Shown here: one piece after another, positions 15,943 to 23,756 of the stretch
Numbering within the stretch: the first letter of the stretch is position 1
Layout of the letters: every line of letters starts with the position of its first letter
Assembly: GCA_035544615.1 (NCBI GenBank)
Contig: DATKEA010000126.1
Coordinates: 50-64,049 of the forward strand
Length of the DNA stretch: 64,000 nucleotides
Direction of reading: 5' to 3'
Source: Acidimicrobiia bacterium
GTDB lineage: Bacteria > Actinomycetota > Acidimicrobiia > Spongiisociales > ZC4RG35
Notes under the pieces: generated by a model
What the model saw: the letters and a program-made list of their open reading frames with translations, nothing else
The model's database searches: none
What the model was told of the DNA's origin: nothing
Made by a program: the position numbers and the translations under genes

Positions 15943-16982
15943 CGCCATCGCCGCCGCGCTCCTCGCGACCCGCGCCACGTAGAGAAAGGACACCTGCGAT
16001 CCGGGTCTTCCTGAGCTACCGGAGGGACGACACGGCAGGACGTGCCGGCCGGCTTCACGATGCGCTGGCGGCACGCCTGGGAGCGCGCAACGTGTTCATG
16101 GATGTTGCGACCATCGCGGTCGGCACCGATTTCGCCGACCAGGTGGATCGGGCGATCGACAACAGCGAAGCGTCGTTGATAGTGATCGGGCGGAATTGGC
16201 TTCGGCTCCAAGATGCTGCTGGAAACCGGCGTCTCGACGACCCGCGAGACCACGTCAGATCCGAGGTGCGCACTGCCCCGAAGTCGAACCACCCGGTGGT
16301 GCCGGTCCTGGTGGACGAGGCAGCGCTGCCATCAGAAGCGGAGCTTCCAGAGGATCTTGTCTCGTTGGCTCGCCGTCAGGCCGTCGAGCTGCACGACGAG
16401 ACCTGGGCCCAGGACGTGGAGATGCTGATCCGCCGTCTCGAAGGCAAGGACGTGGTCGCTTCGCGCCGTCGTCTCCCCCCCTTGGCCATCGGGTTCGTCG
16501 TGTTGGCCATCGCTGGCGTCGCGGCCTGGCGTGGGCTGGCAGGCACAGACGACGGTGCAACGCCGAGATGCGAGTCGGACCCAAACGTATCGCTGACCAC
16601 CCTGGAGGTCGGGCCCGAAGCCACCGCGATGGACAACTCCGGCGACAGATCGATCCGTTACACCGTGTCAGGAGCAGACTTCACAGCTTCGGGATCGCAT
16701 TGGCTGGTGGTCCTCGAGGTCGAGGCCTCCAATGAGACTACGGCGAGCGGCAACCAGCAAGGCCTCTACTTCAGTACTTCTTCATTCCAGGCGCTGCTGG
16801 TCGATGGCTTTGCCGCCGAGCCCGCGTGCTTCACGCCGATCGCAGGCAATCGCGACAGTGTCGACCCCGGTCAAACAGCGAGCGGCCTGGTGGGATTCGA
16901 GACGACCAGAGACCCAACGGACTCAGTTCTGATTCTGGGGACGGAGGGCGGCCAGATGATCGAGGTCACCGGCGGCTCGTGA
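15939..16982 (+). CDS. TIR domain + TM helix + extracytoplasmic beta-rich domain
   Basis: IRVFLSYRRDDTAGRAGRLHDALAARLG...VFMD and a DHVRSE motif. TM helix LPPLAIGFVVLAIAGVAAW follows. ATGA overlap with the protease gene. Confidence 0.8.
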   Translation: MTPSPPRSSRPAPRRERTPAIRVFLSYRRDDTAGRAGRLHDALAARLGARNVFMDVATIAVGTDFADQVDRAIDNSEASLIVIGRNWLRLQDAAGNRRLDDPRDHVRSEVRTAPKSNHPVVPVLVDEAALPSEAELPEDLVSLARRQAVELHDETWAQDVEMLIRRLEGKDVVASRRRLPPLAIGFVVLAIAGVAAWRGLAGTDDGATPRCESDPNVSLTTLEVGPEATAMDNSGDRSIRYTVSGADFTASGSHWLVVLEVEASNETTASGNQQGLYFSTSSFQALLVDGFAAEPACFTPIAGNRDSVDPGQTASGLVGFETTRDPTDSVLILGTEGGQMIEVTGGS

Positions 16983-16990
16983 CGAATCAC

Positions 16991-17020
16991 CGGATCCTCG
17001 CCATCGCCGACGAGGATCCG
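16991..17020 (+). other. perfect 10-bp inverted repeat (cggatcctcg N10 cgaggatccg) between the TIR and SLOG-like genes
   Basis: Read directly. It lies 9 nt after the stop at 16982 and 22 nt before the GTG at 17043. Possible attenuator or processing hairpin. Confidence 0.4.
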
Positions 17021-17042
17021 CATGGCCCGGTAGGCTCCCTCG

Positions 17043-17588
17043 GTGGCGGTGGTCCTGTTCTCGGGTCACATGGTGGATGCACCCAACCGCATTCAACCTC
17101 GCTTCCCACCAGAGCGGGTAGCCCAGGTCCGACGCGATATCGCCGGTGAGCTCTGGCTAATCGACGACCCCGATGCCAGGGCGATTTCGGGCTTGGCCTG
17201 CGGAGGCGACCTGTTGTTCGCTGAGGAATGGCTGAAGACCGGCCGAGTACTACAGGCCTTTCTTCCCCGCCCGGTAGAAGAGTTCCTGGACGAGTCGGTG
17301 CGTTTTGCCGGCGAGGAGTGGGTCACGTCGTTCCACCGGGTGGTCACCCACGTGATGGTGAGTGTGGTCGGCCCTGACGACGAAATGCTCCGCCTGGAAG
17401 ACCCACATACCGCCAACAACCTCCGAATGCTCGAGTCCGCCCGCCGGCAGGGCGGATCGATTCACGGTGTGTTCCTCTGGGACGGCAGCGGTGGTGACGG
17501 ACCCGGTGGCACTCAACAGCTCGTCTCCGATGTGCTCGAGGCAGGCGGAAGTGTCACCATTCTCGATCCCAACCCCAGAGGCGGGTGA
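17043..17588 (+). CDS. small Rossmann-like protein, possibly SLOG/LOG/DprA-like nucleotide-binding
   Basis: GTG start forced by an in-frame TAG at 17031. VVLFSGHMVD..., SGLACGGDLLFAEEWL and GGDGPGGTQQLV resemble the GGxGxD and PGGxGT motifs of the SLOG/LOG superfamily. Assignment is tentative. Confidence 0.55.
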   Translation: MAVVLFSGHMVDAPNRIQPRFPPERVAQVRRDIAGELWLIDDPDARAISGLACGGDLLFAEEWLKTGRVLQAFLPRPVEEFLDESVRFAGEEWVTSFHRVVTHVMVSVVGPDDEMLRLEDPHTANNLRMLESARRQGGSIHGVFLWDGSGGDGPGGTQQLVSDVLEAGGSVTILDPNPRGG

Positions 17589-17644
17589 TCCGCGGCGATT
17601 GGCTTGTCGCCGGGATCGGTTTAGCGGACCCAGGGAGATCTTCC

Positions 17645-17660
17645 GGTTCCCGTTTCCCTA
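17645..17660 (+). repeat. R7, family copy with partial right arm
   Basis: ggttcccgtttcccta + ttgcgcgcttgcactcccag. Confidence 0.85.
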
Positions 17661-17804
17661 TTGCGCGCTTGCACTCCCAGAAGCTGTGGGCTGTCAGGTC
17701 ACGGTCGGTTCATGGGTGCCGGGTGGGCTGGCACGGGAGACCAGACCAGGGCACTCGCCAGCACCACCCATAAAGGAAAGGCAACCTACCGAAGCGCCTC
17801 GTCA

Positions 17805-19043
17805 TCAGCTTTGGCCGGCTTCGCGCAAGAGCTGGCGTTCGAGGACGCGGGCGGTGAATCGCGCGCCGAGCACGAACCTGACAACGGGTCCGAATGCCGA
17901 ACCAGATGCGGCGCCCACGAAGTACAGGCCCGGAACCGTCGACTGGAAGCGCCCATCGAGGATCGGGTAGTCGGCGACGGTCTTGATCGCGCTGGCGAGC
18001 GCGGCATCAATGAATCGCAACCGGGCGAGATCGACGCGATAGCCGGTCGCGCAGATGACGTGTTCGGAGCGAAGGGTCGTACGTCCGCTCACGCCTTCGA
18101 ACTCGAGCTCGACCTCGTCGCCGTACGATCTGGCTTTGCGCACGTGGTGATCGAGACGAACCGGGACCTTACCTTCAATGCGCTGGCGCAACCACCACGC
18201 GCCTGCTGGACCAAATGTCGTCGTCGCCAGCCGAACACGCCTTTCCTCCGGCAGCAGGTGAAAAGCCCGCGGCCCGTGCTCGTACAGCCAGCAGCCCATG
18301 CCGGTGCACAGCCCTCCGACCGGGCGGCGAAGTCGTTTCCAAAGCGGACGATCCAGCGGATGTGGGGGCGGGTTCCACACGATCGAGAGAGCGCGTGCGG
18401 CGATCTCGACGGTTGCGCCGTGCTCATGCAGCAAAGCCGCGTTCTCGAGAGCAGACTGTCCGGCGCCGATGACGGTCACTCGGCGCCCCGCGAACTCCGC
18501 AGGATGGAGTTGACTTCCGGTGGCCCCGGAGATGCCTCCGCGCACCGACGACGAATGCGAGAAGAGCTCTGGCGGCAGCGCAGCGAACTCCGCCGGAAGA
18601 TGCCGGAAGTGTGTGAGGCCGACCGCAACTACGACTTGCGCGGCGCGGAGTGTTTCTCCGGTTGCGAGATCGAGCACGAAGCCGCCGGAGTCTTTGGCCA
18701 GGCTGACGACTTGAGTGTCCTCGACGGGCACTTTCGCCTGCTCGACGAACCACTCGCCATAGCCGCTGTATACCTCGAGCGGGACAGGAACACCCCACCC
18801 GCCCACGTCGAAGCCGTGGTCCTCGCAGTAGCGCTCAAGAGTCAGCTCGCCGCCCGGGTCGGCGAGGTTCGAAGCGAAGCCTTCGGATCGCAACCACATG
18901 CCTTCCGGCATGTGGTTGCGCCATGTGTGCATCGGTGTGCCAAACAGCCGGTAATCGACTCCCCGTTGCGACAGGTGCGAAGCGATCGACAGGCCGTAAG
19001 GACCGGCACCGATGATCGCGACTTCCAGTCGCCGCGACATCAT
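17805..19043 (-). CDS. FAD/NAD(P)-binding monooxygenase (N-hydroxylating flavoprotein-like)
   Basis: VAIIGAGPYGLS and a second dinucleotide motif VTVIGAGQSALE. ATGA overlap with the upstream ATP-grasp gene. Confidence 0.8.
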   Translation of the reverse strand: MMSRRLEVAIIGAGPYGLSIASHLSQRGVDYRLFGTPMHTWRNHMPEGMWLRSEGFASNLADPGGELTLERYCEDHGFDVGGWGVPVPLEVYSGYGEWFVEQAKVPVEDTQVVSLAKDSGGFVLDLATGETLRAAQVVVAVGLTHFRHLPAEFAALPPELFSHSSSVRGGISGATGSQLHPAEFAGRRVTVIGAGQSALENAALLHEHGATVEIAARALSIVWNPPPHPLDRPLWKRLRRPVGGLCTGMGCWLYEHGPRAFHLLPEERRVRLATTTFGPAGAWWLRQRIEGKVPVRLDHHVRKARSYGDEVELEFEGVSGRTTLRSEHVICATGYRVDLARLRFIDAALASAIKTVADYPILDGRFQSTVPGLYFVGAASGSAFGPVVRFVLGARFTARVLERQLLREAGQS

Positions 19044-20308
19044 TGAGGATGCCCTGGTGGCGCGAGTCGCTGCTTCAGGCTGCGCGCCAGCCAAGCCACG
19101 TCGGAAGCCACGGCAACGAGGGCGGGTCGCAGGTCGCGCGCATCGAAATAGTCGTAGCTCGTCGGCTTGCGGAAGTCCTTGAAGAAAGATGACACGGCAT
19201 TGCGCGATGCAACCGTGTCCGGAGCGCCCTGCTGGCGCGCGTTGTCGAGAAGCCACTTGACATCTGCGGCGAGCCAGCGCACACGCACGCCGGTGCGATA
19301 CGACGACTTGCCGGGGTCAGGCAGCTCATTGGTAGCCCAGGCGCGTACAAGACCCGGGAAGTCGATTCCGGCGCGCACCGCGCACTCGATCGACGCCGAC
19401 AATCGAGGATTGATCTCCATCAGCACAGGCGTGCCATCAGCGTCGCGACGGAACTCGACTTCGGCGTATCCATCGAGCTCGAGTTCGGAGACGAGTCGTC
19501 GAGCATCCGTCGTCGCGTCCTCGGGCAGGGGCACGCTCTCGCGCAGGACGGACTCGCCGCCGAGGATCGGAAGCATGCGGTGCGCAACCTGAGCGAACTC
19601 GCCATAGAACGACCCGCGCGCACGGACGAAGCTGACGGCCAGGCGTTCGCCGGGGATCCAATCCTGGACGAGCACCACAGCGCCGAGATGCAACATCGCC
19701 CGGAGTTGCTCACTCGCTTCGGATGCCGAGCGCGCGAGCCGCACCCCGAGGCGGCGACGCTCTTCTCCTGCAACAACCCATGACCGCTCCGGCTTCAAGA
19801 CCGCGGGCATGGGAATCGAGGTGACTGCGTCCCTTATCTCGGCTTCGTCAGCGACCGTCACCGAGACAGGAATCCGGATTCCAAGCCTGCCCGCGAGCTC
19901 GAGCGTCGTTCGCTTGTCGTTCGCTGCGTCGAGCGGCTCGGATCGGGCGAGAGCAAGCGCACACTTCGCCTCCACCTCGGCCCGGCGCTCCTGGATCGCC
20001 GCGATCGTTCCGTCGTGAGTCGGGATGACGACAACGTCTTTCGAGCTCGATGATGCGAGGTCGACGAGTTGTTGCACCATCGCCTTCGGATCGACATCGC
20101 GATCCTCGACGCGCGCCGTTGCCGCGCACCAGCGCGACGAAAAGGCGGGAACACCACGGGTTGACACACACTCGACTGCGCCGACCGTGTATCCGCCCGC
20201 CCCGAGCGTCCGCACGGCAACCAATGCCTGCCGCAGCTTCGCGTCGGTGAGAATCACGTCGATCGGCCGCGCCGCTGATCGCTTCGTGATCCAGCGCCCT
20301 GGCGCCAT
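19040..20308 (-). CDS. ATP-grasp domain ligase
   Basis: PAVLKPERSW..., LVQDWIPGE and YAEVEFRRDADGTPVLMEINPRLS are ATP-grasp motifs. The start at 20308 (MAPGRW...) is chosen over 20413 and is uncertain. Confidence 0.75.
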   Translation of the reverse strand: MAPGRWITKRSAARPIDVILTDAKLRQALVAVRTLGAGGYTVGAVECVSTRGVPAFSSRWCAATARVEDRDVDPKAMVQQLVDLASSSSKDVVVIPTHDGTIAAIQERRAEVEAKCALALARSEPLDAANDKRTTLELAGRLGIRIPVSVTVADEAEIRDAVTSIPMPAVLKPERSWVVAGEERRRLGVRLARSASEASEQLRAMLHLGAVVLVQDWIPGERLAVSFVRARGSFYGEFAQVAHRMLPILGGESVLRESVPLPEDATTDARRLVSELELDGYAEVEFRRDADGTPVLMEINPRLSASIECAVRAGIDFPGLVRAWATNELPDPGKSSYRTGVRVRWLAADVKWLLDNARQQGAPDTVASRNAVSSFFKDFRKPTSYDYFDARDLRPALVAVASDVAWLARSLKQRLAPPGHPQ

Positions 20309-20431
20309 CAGGCGCGCCGCACGTCGAACTCGTCGTCGCTGCCGGCGGCCGTTTGCTCTCGGGCAACCAGGTGTGACGTCACTGAGTGTGGAGCAGGGGC
20401 GGCGACGACCCACTCCTGGAGTGGTCCGAAC

Positions 20432-21415
20432 TCATCCTGACCCTTCGCCCTTACGACTCTGGCTCGGTGGCGGTCCGGCATTCTCAGGCGGACCCGCATG
20501 TTCTGGTGGCCCCGGGTTGGCCGGGGGTCCGGCATCGTCAGGCGGACCCAGGTTGGCCGGTGGCCCGGCATGGTCGGGCGGCCCGGCATGGTCGGGCGGA
20601 CCCGCGTGTTCTGGTCGCTGCAAGTTGGCCGGGGGCCCGGCATGGTCGGGCGGACCCGCGTGTTCTGGTGGCCCCGGGTTGGCCGGTGGCACAACACCCG
20701 GCTGCTCATCGGGCTCATCGATCGGTAGGTCCTGGTCTCGCGGTTCCTCCAATGCTGGTCCGGGCTCTTCCGGCTGGACCGGGGGCGTCTCGACGGATGG
20801 TTCAGGATTGTCCGAGCCACCCACCGAGGGCTCCGGCGGGGTCGTCGGCACAACGAGGAACCGGCTCTCGTCGGAGACCGTCGGCTCCGCGATGGTCGGC
20901 TTGTCTGCACTGTCCTGCCCCTGGCCAACGTCGCCACCGACCGACGCCGGTGAGCCAACGTCGGTCAGCTCCGTGGGAGCAAATTCAGGCGGTGGAATGT
21001 CGATCCCGATCAGTGCCAACGATTTCGAGATCAGATCTTGAGCCGGAGCCGGCAGATTCCCAGTCGCTGCAGCAGCCATCCCCGCCGTCATCACGACTGC
21101 GGCTAAACCAACCATCACATTGCGCGGCGCCAGACGTCGTCTGAATGGGACGAGTATGCCGGTGGCGATGAGGCGGATTCTCGTCGACAGTGGCCGACCG
21201 CTCACAGCGGGTCTGCGATCCTGGAACCTTTCCACCTCGCTAGTGATGGCATCCAGATGCCGGTCCGCCACGTCCGGCTCGGGTCTGGCAACACCGATGT
21301 CGCGCAGCCTGGCCAGATATCGGCCCAAGACCTCATCGGTGCCATGGCCGTCGACAAGTAGACGGTCCATTTCGTCGTCGGTGAGGTTTTTCACGCCAAC
21401 TCGTTTACTAATCAT
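20432..21415 (-). CDS. single-pass membrane protein with a C-terminal GPP(E/D)HA proline-rich repeat region
   Basis: Soluble N-terminal domain, then TM helix VMVGLAAVVMTAGMAAAATG, then a Pro/Glu-rich tail containing the tandem hexapeptide repeats. Anti-sigma-like architecture but no recognisable domain. Confidence 0.65.
   Translation of the reverse strand: MISKRVGVKNLTDDEMDRLLVDGHGTDEVLGRYLARLRDIGVARPEPDVADRHLDAITSEVERFQDRRPAVSGRPLSTRIRLIATGILVPFRRRLAPRNVMVGLAAVVMTAGMAAAATGNLPAPAQDLISKSLALIGIDIPPPEFAPTELTDVGSPASVGGDVGQGQDSADKPTIAEPTVSDESRFLVVPTTPPEPSVGGSDNPEPSVETPPVQPEEPGPALEEPRDQDLPIDEPDEQPGVVPPANPGPPEHAGPPDHAGPPANLQRPEHAGPPDHAGPPDHAGPPANLGPPDDAGPPANPGPPEHAGPPENAGPPPSQSRKGEGSG
20469..20684. 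repeat. 12 imperfect tandem copies of an 18-nt unit (ggcggRcccgSNNgKNNN)
   Basis: Read directly. It encodes the GPPEHA/GPPDHA/GPPANL units on the minus strand. A 36-nt block is duplicated exactly at 20581-20616 and 20635-20670. Confidence 0.85.
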
Positions 21416-21495
21416 GCGACTCAGACCCGCCTACGATCAACCACGGGCTCAGGGCGCCCGCCGAGGTAATCATACGGTGAACAGTAGGTGCGCGG

Positions 21496-22449
21496 CTATA
21501 CCAGGCCCGCCTCCCAGTCTCGCTCGAACCATTGCACCTGGGAGGCGAGGCCGTCCCGAAGCGGCCAGCGGGCATGCCATCCCAAATCGTGCTCGATCCG
21601 GGTTGTGTCCCCGCCGGTTCGATCCGGATCCCCGAGGGCCGGTTCTTCGTGCCTGATGTCCAACTCTTTTCGGGTGAGCTCGCCCAGGTGCTGGAACACG
21701 TCGTTGACGTTGACCGGGCTTCCTCCGGCCACGTTGTAGATGCGATGGCCGGTGACCCCCTCCCCGGCAGCGAGGACCGTTGCTTCGACGACATCTTCGA
21801 CATAGGTGAAGTCCCGAATCGCCTTCCCATCTCCAAACACACGAATCGGCTCGTTCAGAAAGGCGGCGCGAATCCACTTGGTGAACGCCATGTCGGAGCG
21901 CTGGCGGGGACCATAAACGGTGAAGTAGCGCAGACTCACCGCACTGATCTCGTATTGGCTGCTGTACGCGGTGACCAGAGCCTCACATGACGCCTTGGTC
22001 ACTCCGTAGGGCGAGATCGGAGCGAGTGGCCGATTCTCTCCAACCGGGATCTCATCGACCTGGCCGTACACCGAGGAGGAGGACGAGAAGACGAGCCGGG
22101 TCGACGGATGCTCGGCTATCGCCTCCAAGACCCGTTGCGTGGCGAGGATGTTCGCATTCGATGCCTGTGCGAAGTCACGCCAGGAAGCCCGCACACCAGG
22201 TCGGGCGGCGAGATGGAAGACGACGTCGGCCTCGCTCACCATGTGGCTCAGCTCAACCCGGTTCAGGTCACCCTCGACGAATTCGTAACCACGATGAGGC
22301 GCCAGCCGGGCCACCCGTGCCCGCCGTCCGATCGTGTCATAGGTGGGGGCGAAGGCATCGATGCCCGACACCGTCCACCCATCGTTCAAGAGTCGTTCAC
22401 AGAGGTGAGAGCCGATGAATCCGGCGGCTCCCGTCACCACGGCTCTCAC
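21496..22449 (-). CDS. NAD-dependent nucleotide-sugar epimerase/dehydratase
   Basis: MRAVVTGAAGFIGSHLCERLL Rossmann motif and a YxxxK-containing SDR pattern (YGVTKASCE). Confidence 0.9.
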   Translation of the reverse strand: MRAVVTGAAGFIGSHLCERLLNDGWTVSGIDAFAPTYDTIGRRARVARLAPHRGYEFVEGDLNRVELSHMVSEADVVFHLAARPGVRASWRDFAQASNANILATQRVLEAIAEHPSTRLVFSSSSSVYGQVDEIPVGENRPLAPISPYGVTKASCEALVTAYSSQYEISAVSLRYFTVYGPRQRSDMAFTKWIRAAFLNEPIRVFGDGKAIRDFTYVEDVVEATVLAAGEGVTGHRIYNVAGGSPVNVNDVFQHLGELTRKELDIRHEEPALGDPDRTGGDTTRIEHDLGWHARWPLRDGLASQVQWFERDWEAGLV

Positions 22450-22529
22450 CCGATTACCCCTGGCGCATGCCCGCGCTGTGGGCAGTTTCGGCTTTGGTTG
22501 ATCGCCCTGGGTGACATGGTGGCCCTACC

Positions 22530-23249
22530 TCAACGTCCCGAGCGGTTCAAGACCGTTCCGATGGTGCGCAGCAGTATCTCGAAATCGAGCTTGGAGCAAC
22601 ATCTCTGGTGATACGCGAGCTCGAGCCGCACCCTCTCGGTCCAGTCGAGATCGGCGCGAGCCGCCACCTGCCAGAGACCGGTCATCCCCGGTCTCAGATC
22701 GACTCGGGCCGTGTGCCAGGCCTCGTAGGTGTCCAGGCCGAACGAGGTAGGGCGAGGTCCGACGAGCCCCATGTCACCCTTGAGCACGTTGAACAACTGG
22801 GGAAGCTCGTCGAGGCTCGAGGCTCGGAGCAGCTTCCCGATCCGCGTGACCCTCGGGTCGTTGCTGATCTTGAAATCGGGCCACACCAGCTCGTTGAGGT
22901 GGAGGAGGTCCTGTTTGATCGATTCCGCGTCCTTGACCATGGTCCTGAACTTGAGGACCGCGAACCGCCTGCCGTCCCGGCCGGTGCGCGGCTGCCGGAA
23001 CAGCGTTGGCGCCGACGGGTCCTGGAGCTTCACCATCAGGGCGATCAGGCCGATCAAGGGCAGCCAGAGCGGCGAACCGATCACGACCAGGGCCAGGTCG
23101 CGCCATCGGGCGATTCGCTCGTGACGACGAATGGCCTCACCGGTGCGTCTTGGGTAGCGGCTCCACCAGGACGGCCCCGTCCAACGTGCTGCGGTCGTGA
23201 GTCGCCGGTCTAGCCGGTCACGGTAACGGCCGTCGAGCAGCTCGGTCAT
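22530..23249 (-). CDS. polyprenyl-phosphate sugar-1-phosphate transferase (bacterial sugar transferase family)
   Basis: FRQPRTGRDGRRFAVLKFRTM...DPRVTRIGKLLRASSLDELPQLFNVLKGDMGLVGPRP is the family hallmark. Confidence 0.85.
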   Translation of the reverse strand: MTELLDGRYRDRLDRRLTTAARWTGPSWWSRYPRRTGEAIRRHERIARWRDLALVVIGSPLWLPLIGLIALMVKLQDPSAPTLFRQPRTGRDGRRFAVLKFRTMVKDAESIKQDLLHLNELVWPDFKISNDPRVTRIGKLLRASSLDELPQLFNVLKGDMGLVGPRPTSFGLDTYEAWHTARVDLRPGMTGLWQVAARADLDWTERVRLELAYHQRCCSKLDFEILLRTIGTVLNRSGR

Positions 23250-23689
23250 CGGAGCTGGGCATCCCGAGCGCCGGTCACCGATCTGATCAGCGCGTCGCTG
23301 GTGGGGGCTTCGTCGGGAAAGGTCGAGGCCGACGCCTCGATGGCGAGTCCCTCCAGCTCAGCGTTGCCGAGAATCCGATCTATCACACGGGATCTCGCCG
23401 CCAGGTCGGTCTCGGGAAGCACCACGGTGATCCGATCCGAGTCGACCCAGTAGCTGTCGAAGTCCCGCAGCGAGATTGCCATTGTTGCGGCGAAACGCTG
23501 CCACTTCCCGTCGATCGTTCCGGTCGACGCCGCCCGGAATGCGACTAGCGAGACACGGCCGCCATACCGACGAGCACGACCCACTTCGTAGTCGAGCCGT
23601 GTTCGGATGATCTCTCCCCGCTCTTCGAAGGCCAAGGGAGGCATGCGGCGGAGGCCGGACACCAACGACACGAGTCCGACCGTCACCAT
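23246..23689 (-). CDS. hypothetical protein, possibly a degenerate GGDEF-like domain
   Basis: ARRYGGRVSLVAFRAA...SLRDFDSYWVDSDRITVVLPETD parallels the GGDEF fold pattern, but DSDRI replaces GGDEF. GGGGAGAA RBS. ATGA overlap with the sugar transferase gene. Confidence 0.45.
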   Translation of the reverse strand: MVTVGLVSLVSGLRRMPPLAFEERGEIIRTRLDYEVGRARRYGGRVSLVAFRAASTGTIDGKWQRFAATMAISLRDFDSYWVDSDRITVVLPETDLAARSRVIDRILGNAELEGLAIEASASTFPDEAPTSDALIRSVTGARDAQLR

Positions 23690-23756
23690 TGGTTTCTCCC
23701 CAGAATGCCCATTGCGTGTGTAATCGGAGAGGAGTGGAAAAAGGTTACGAGTGTGG

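Noticed and set aside
17661-19046. 461-aa plus-strand ORF
   Set aside because: Antisense shadow of the flavin monooxygenase gene. The minus strand carries two GxGxxG dinucleotide-binding motifs.
20025-21041. 338-aa plus-strand ORF with GGPA(W/C)SGGP repeats
   Set aside because: It is the complement of the 18-nt repeat array. The minus-strand ORF has a non-repetitive N-terminal domain and a TM helix and fits the operon direction. This is less certain than the other strand calls.
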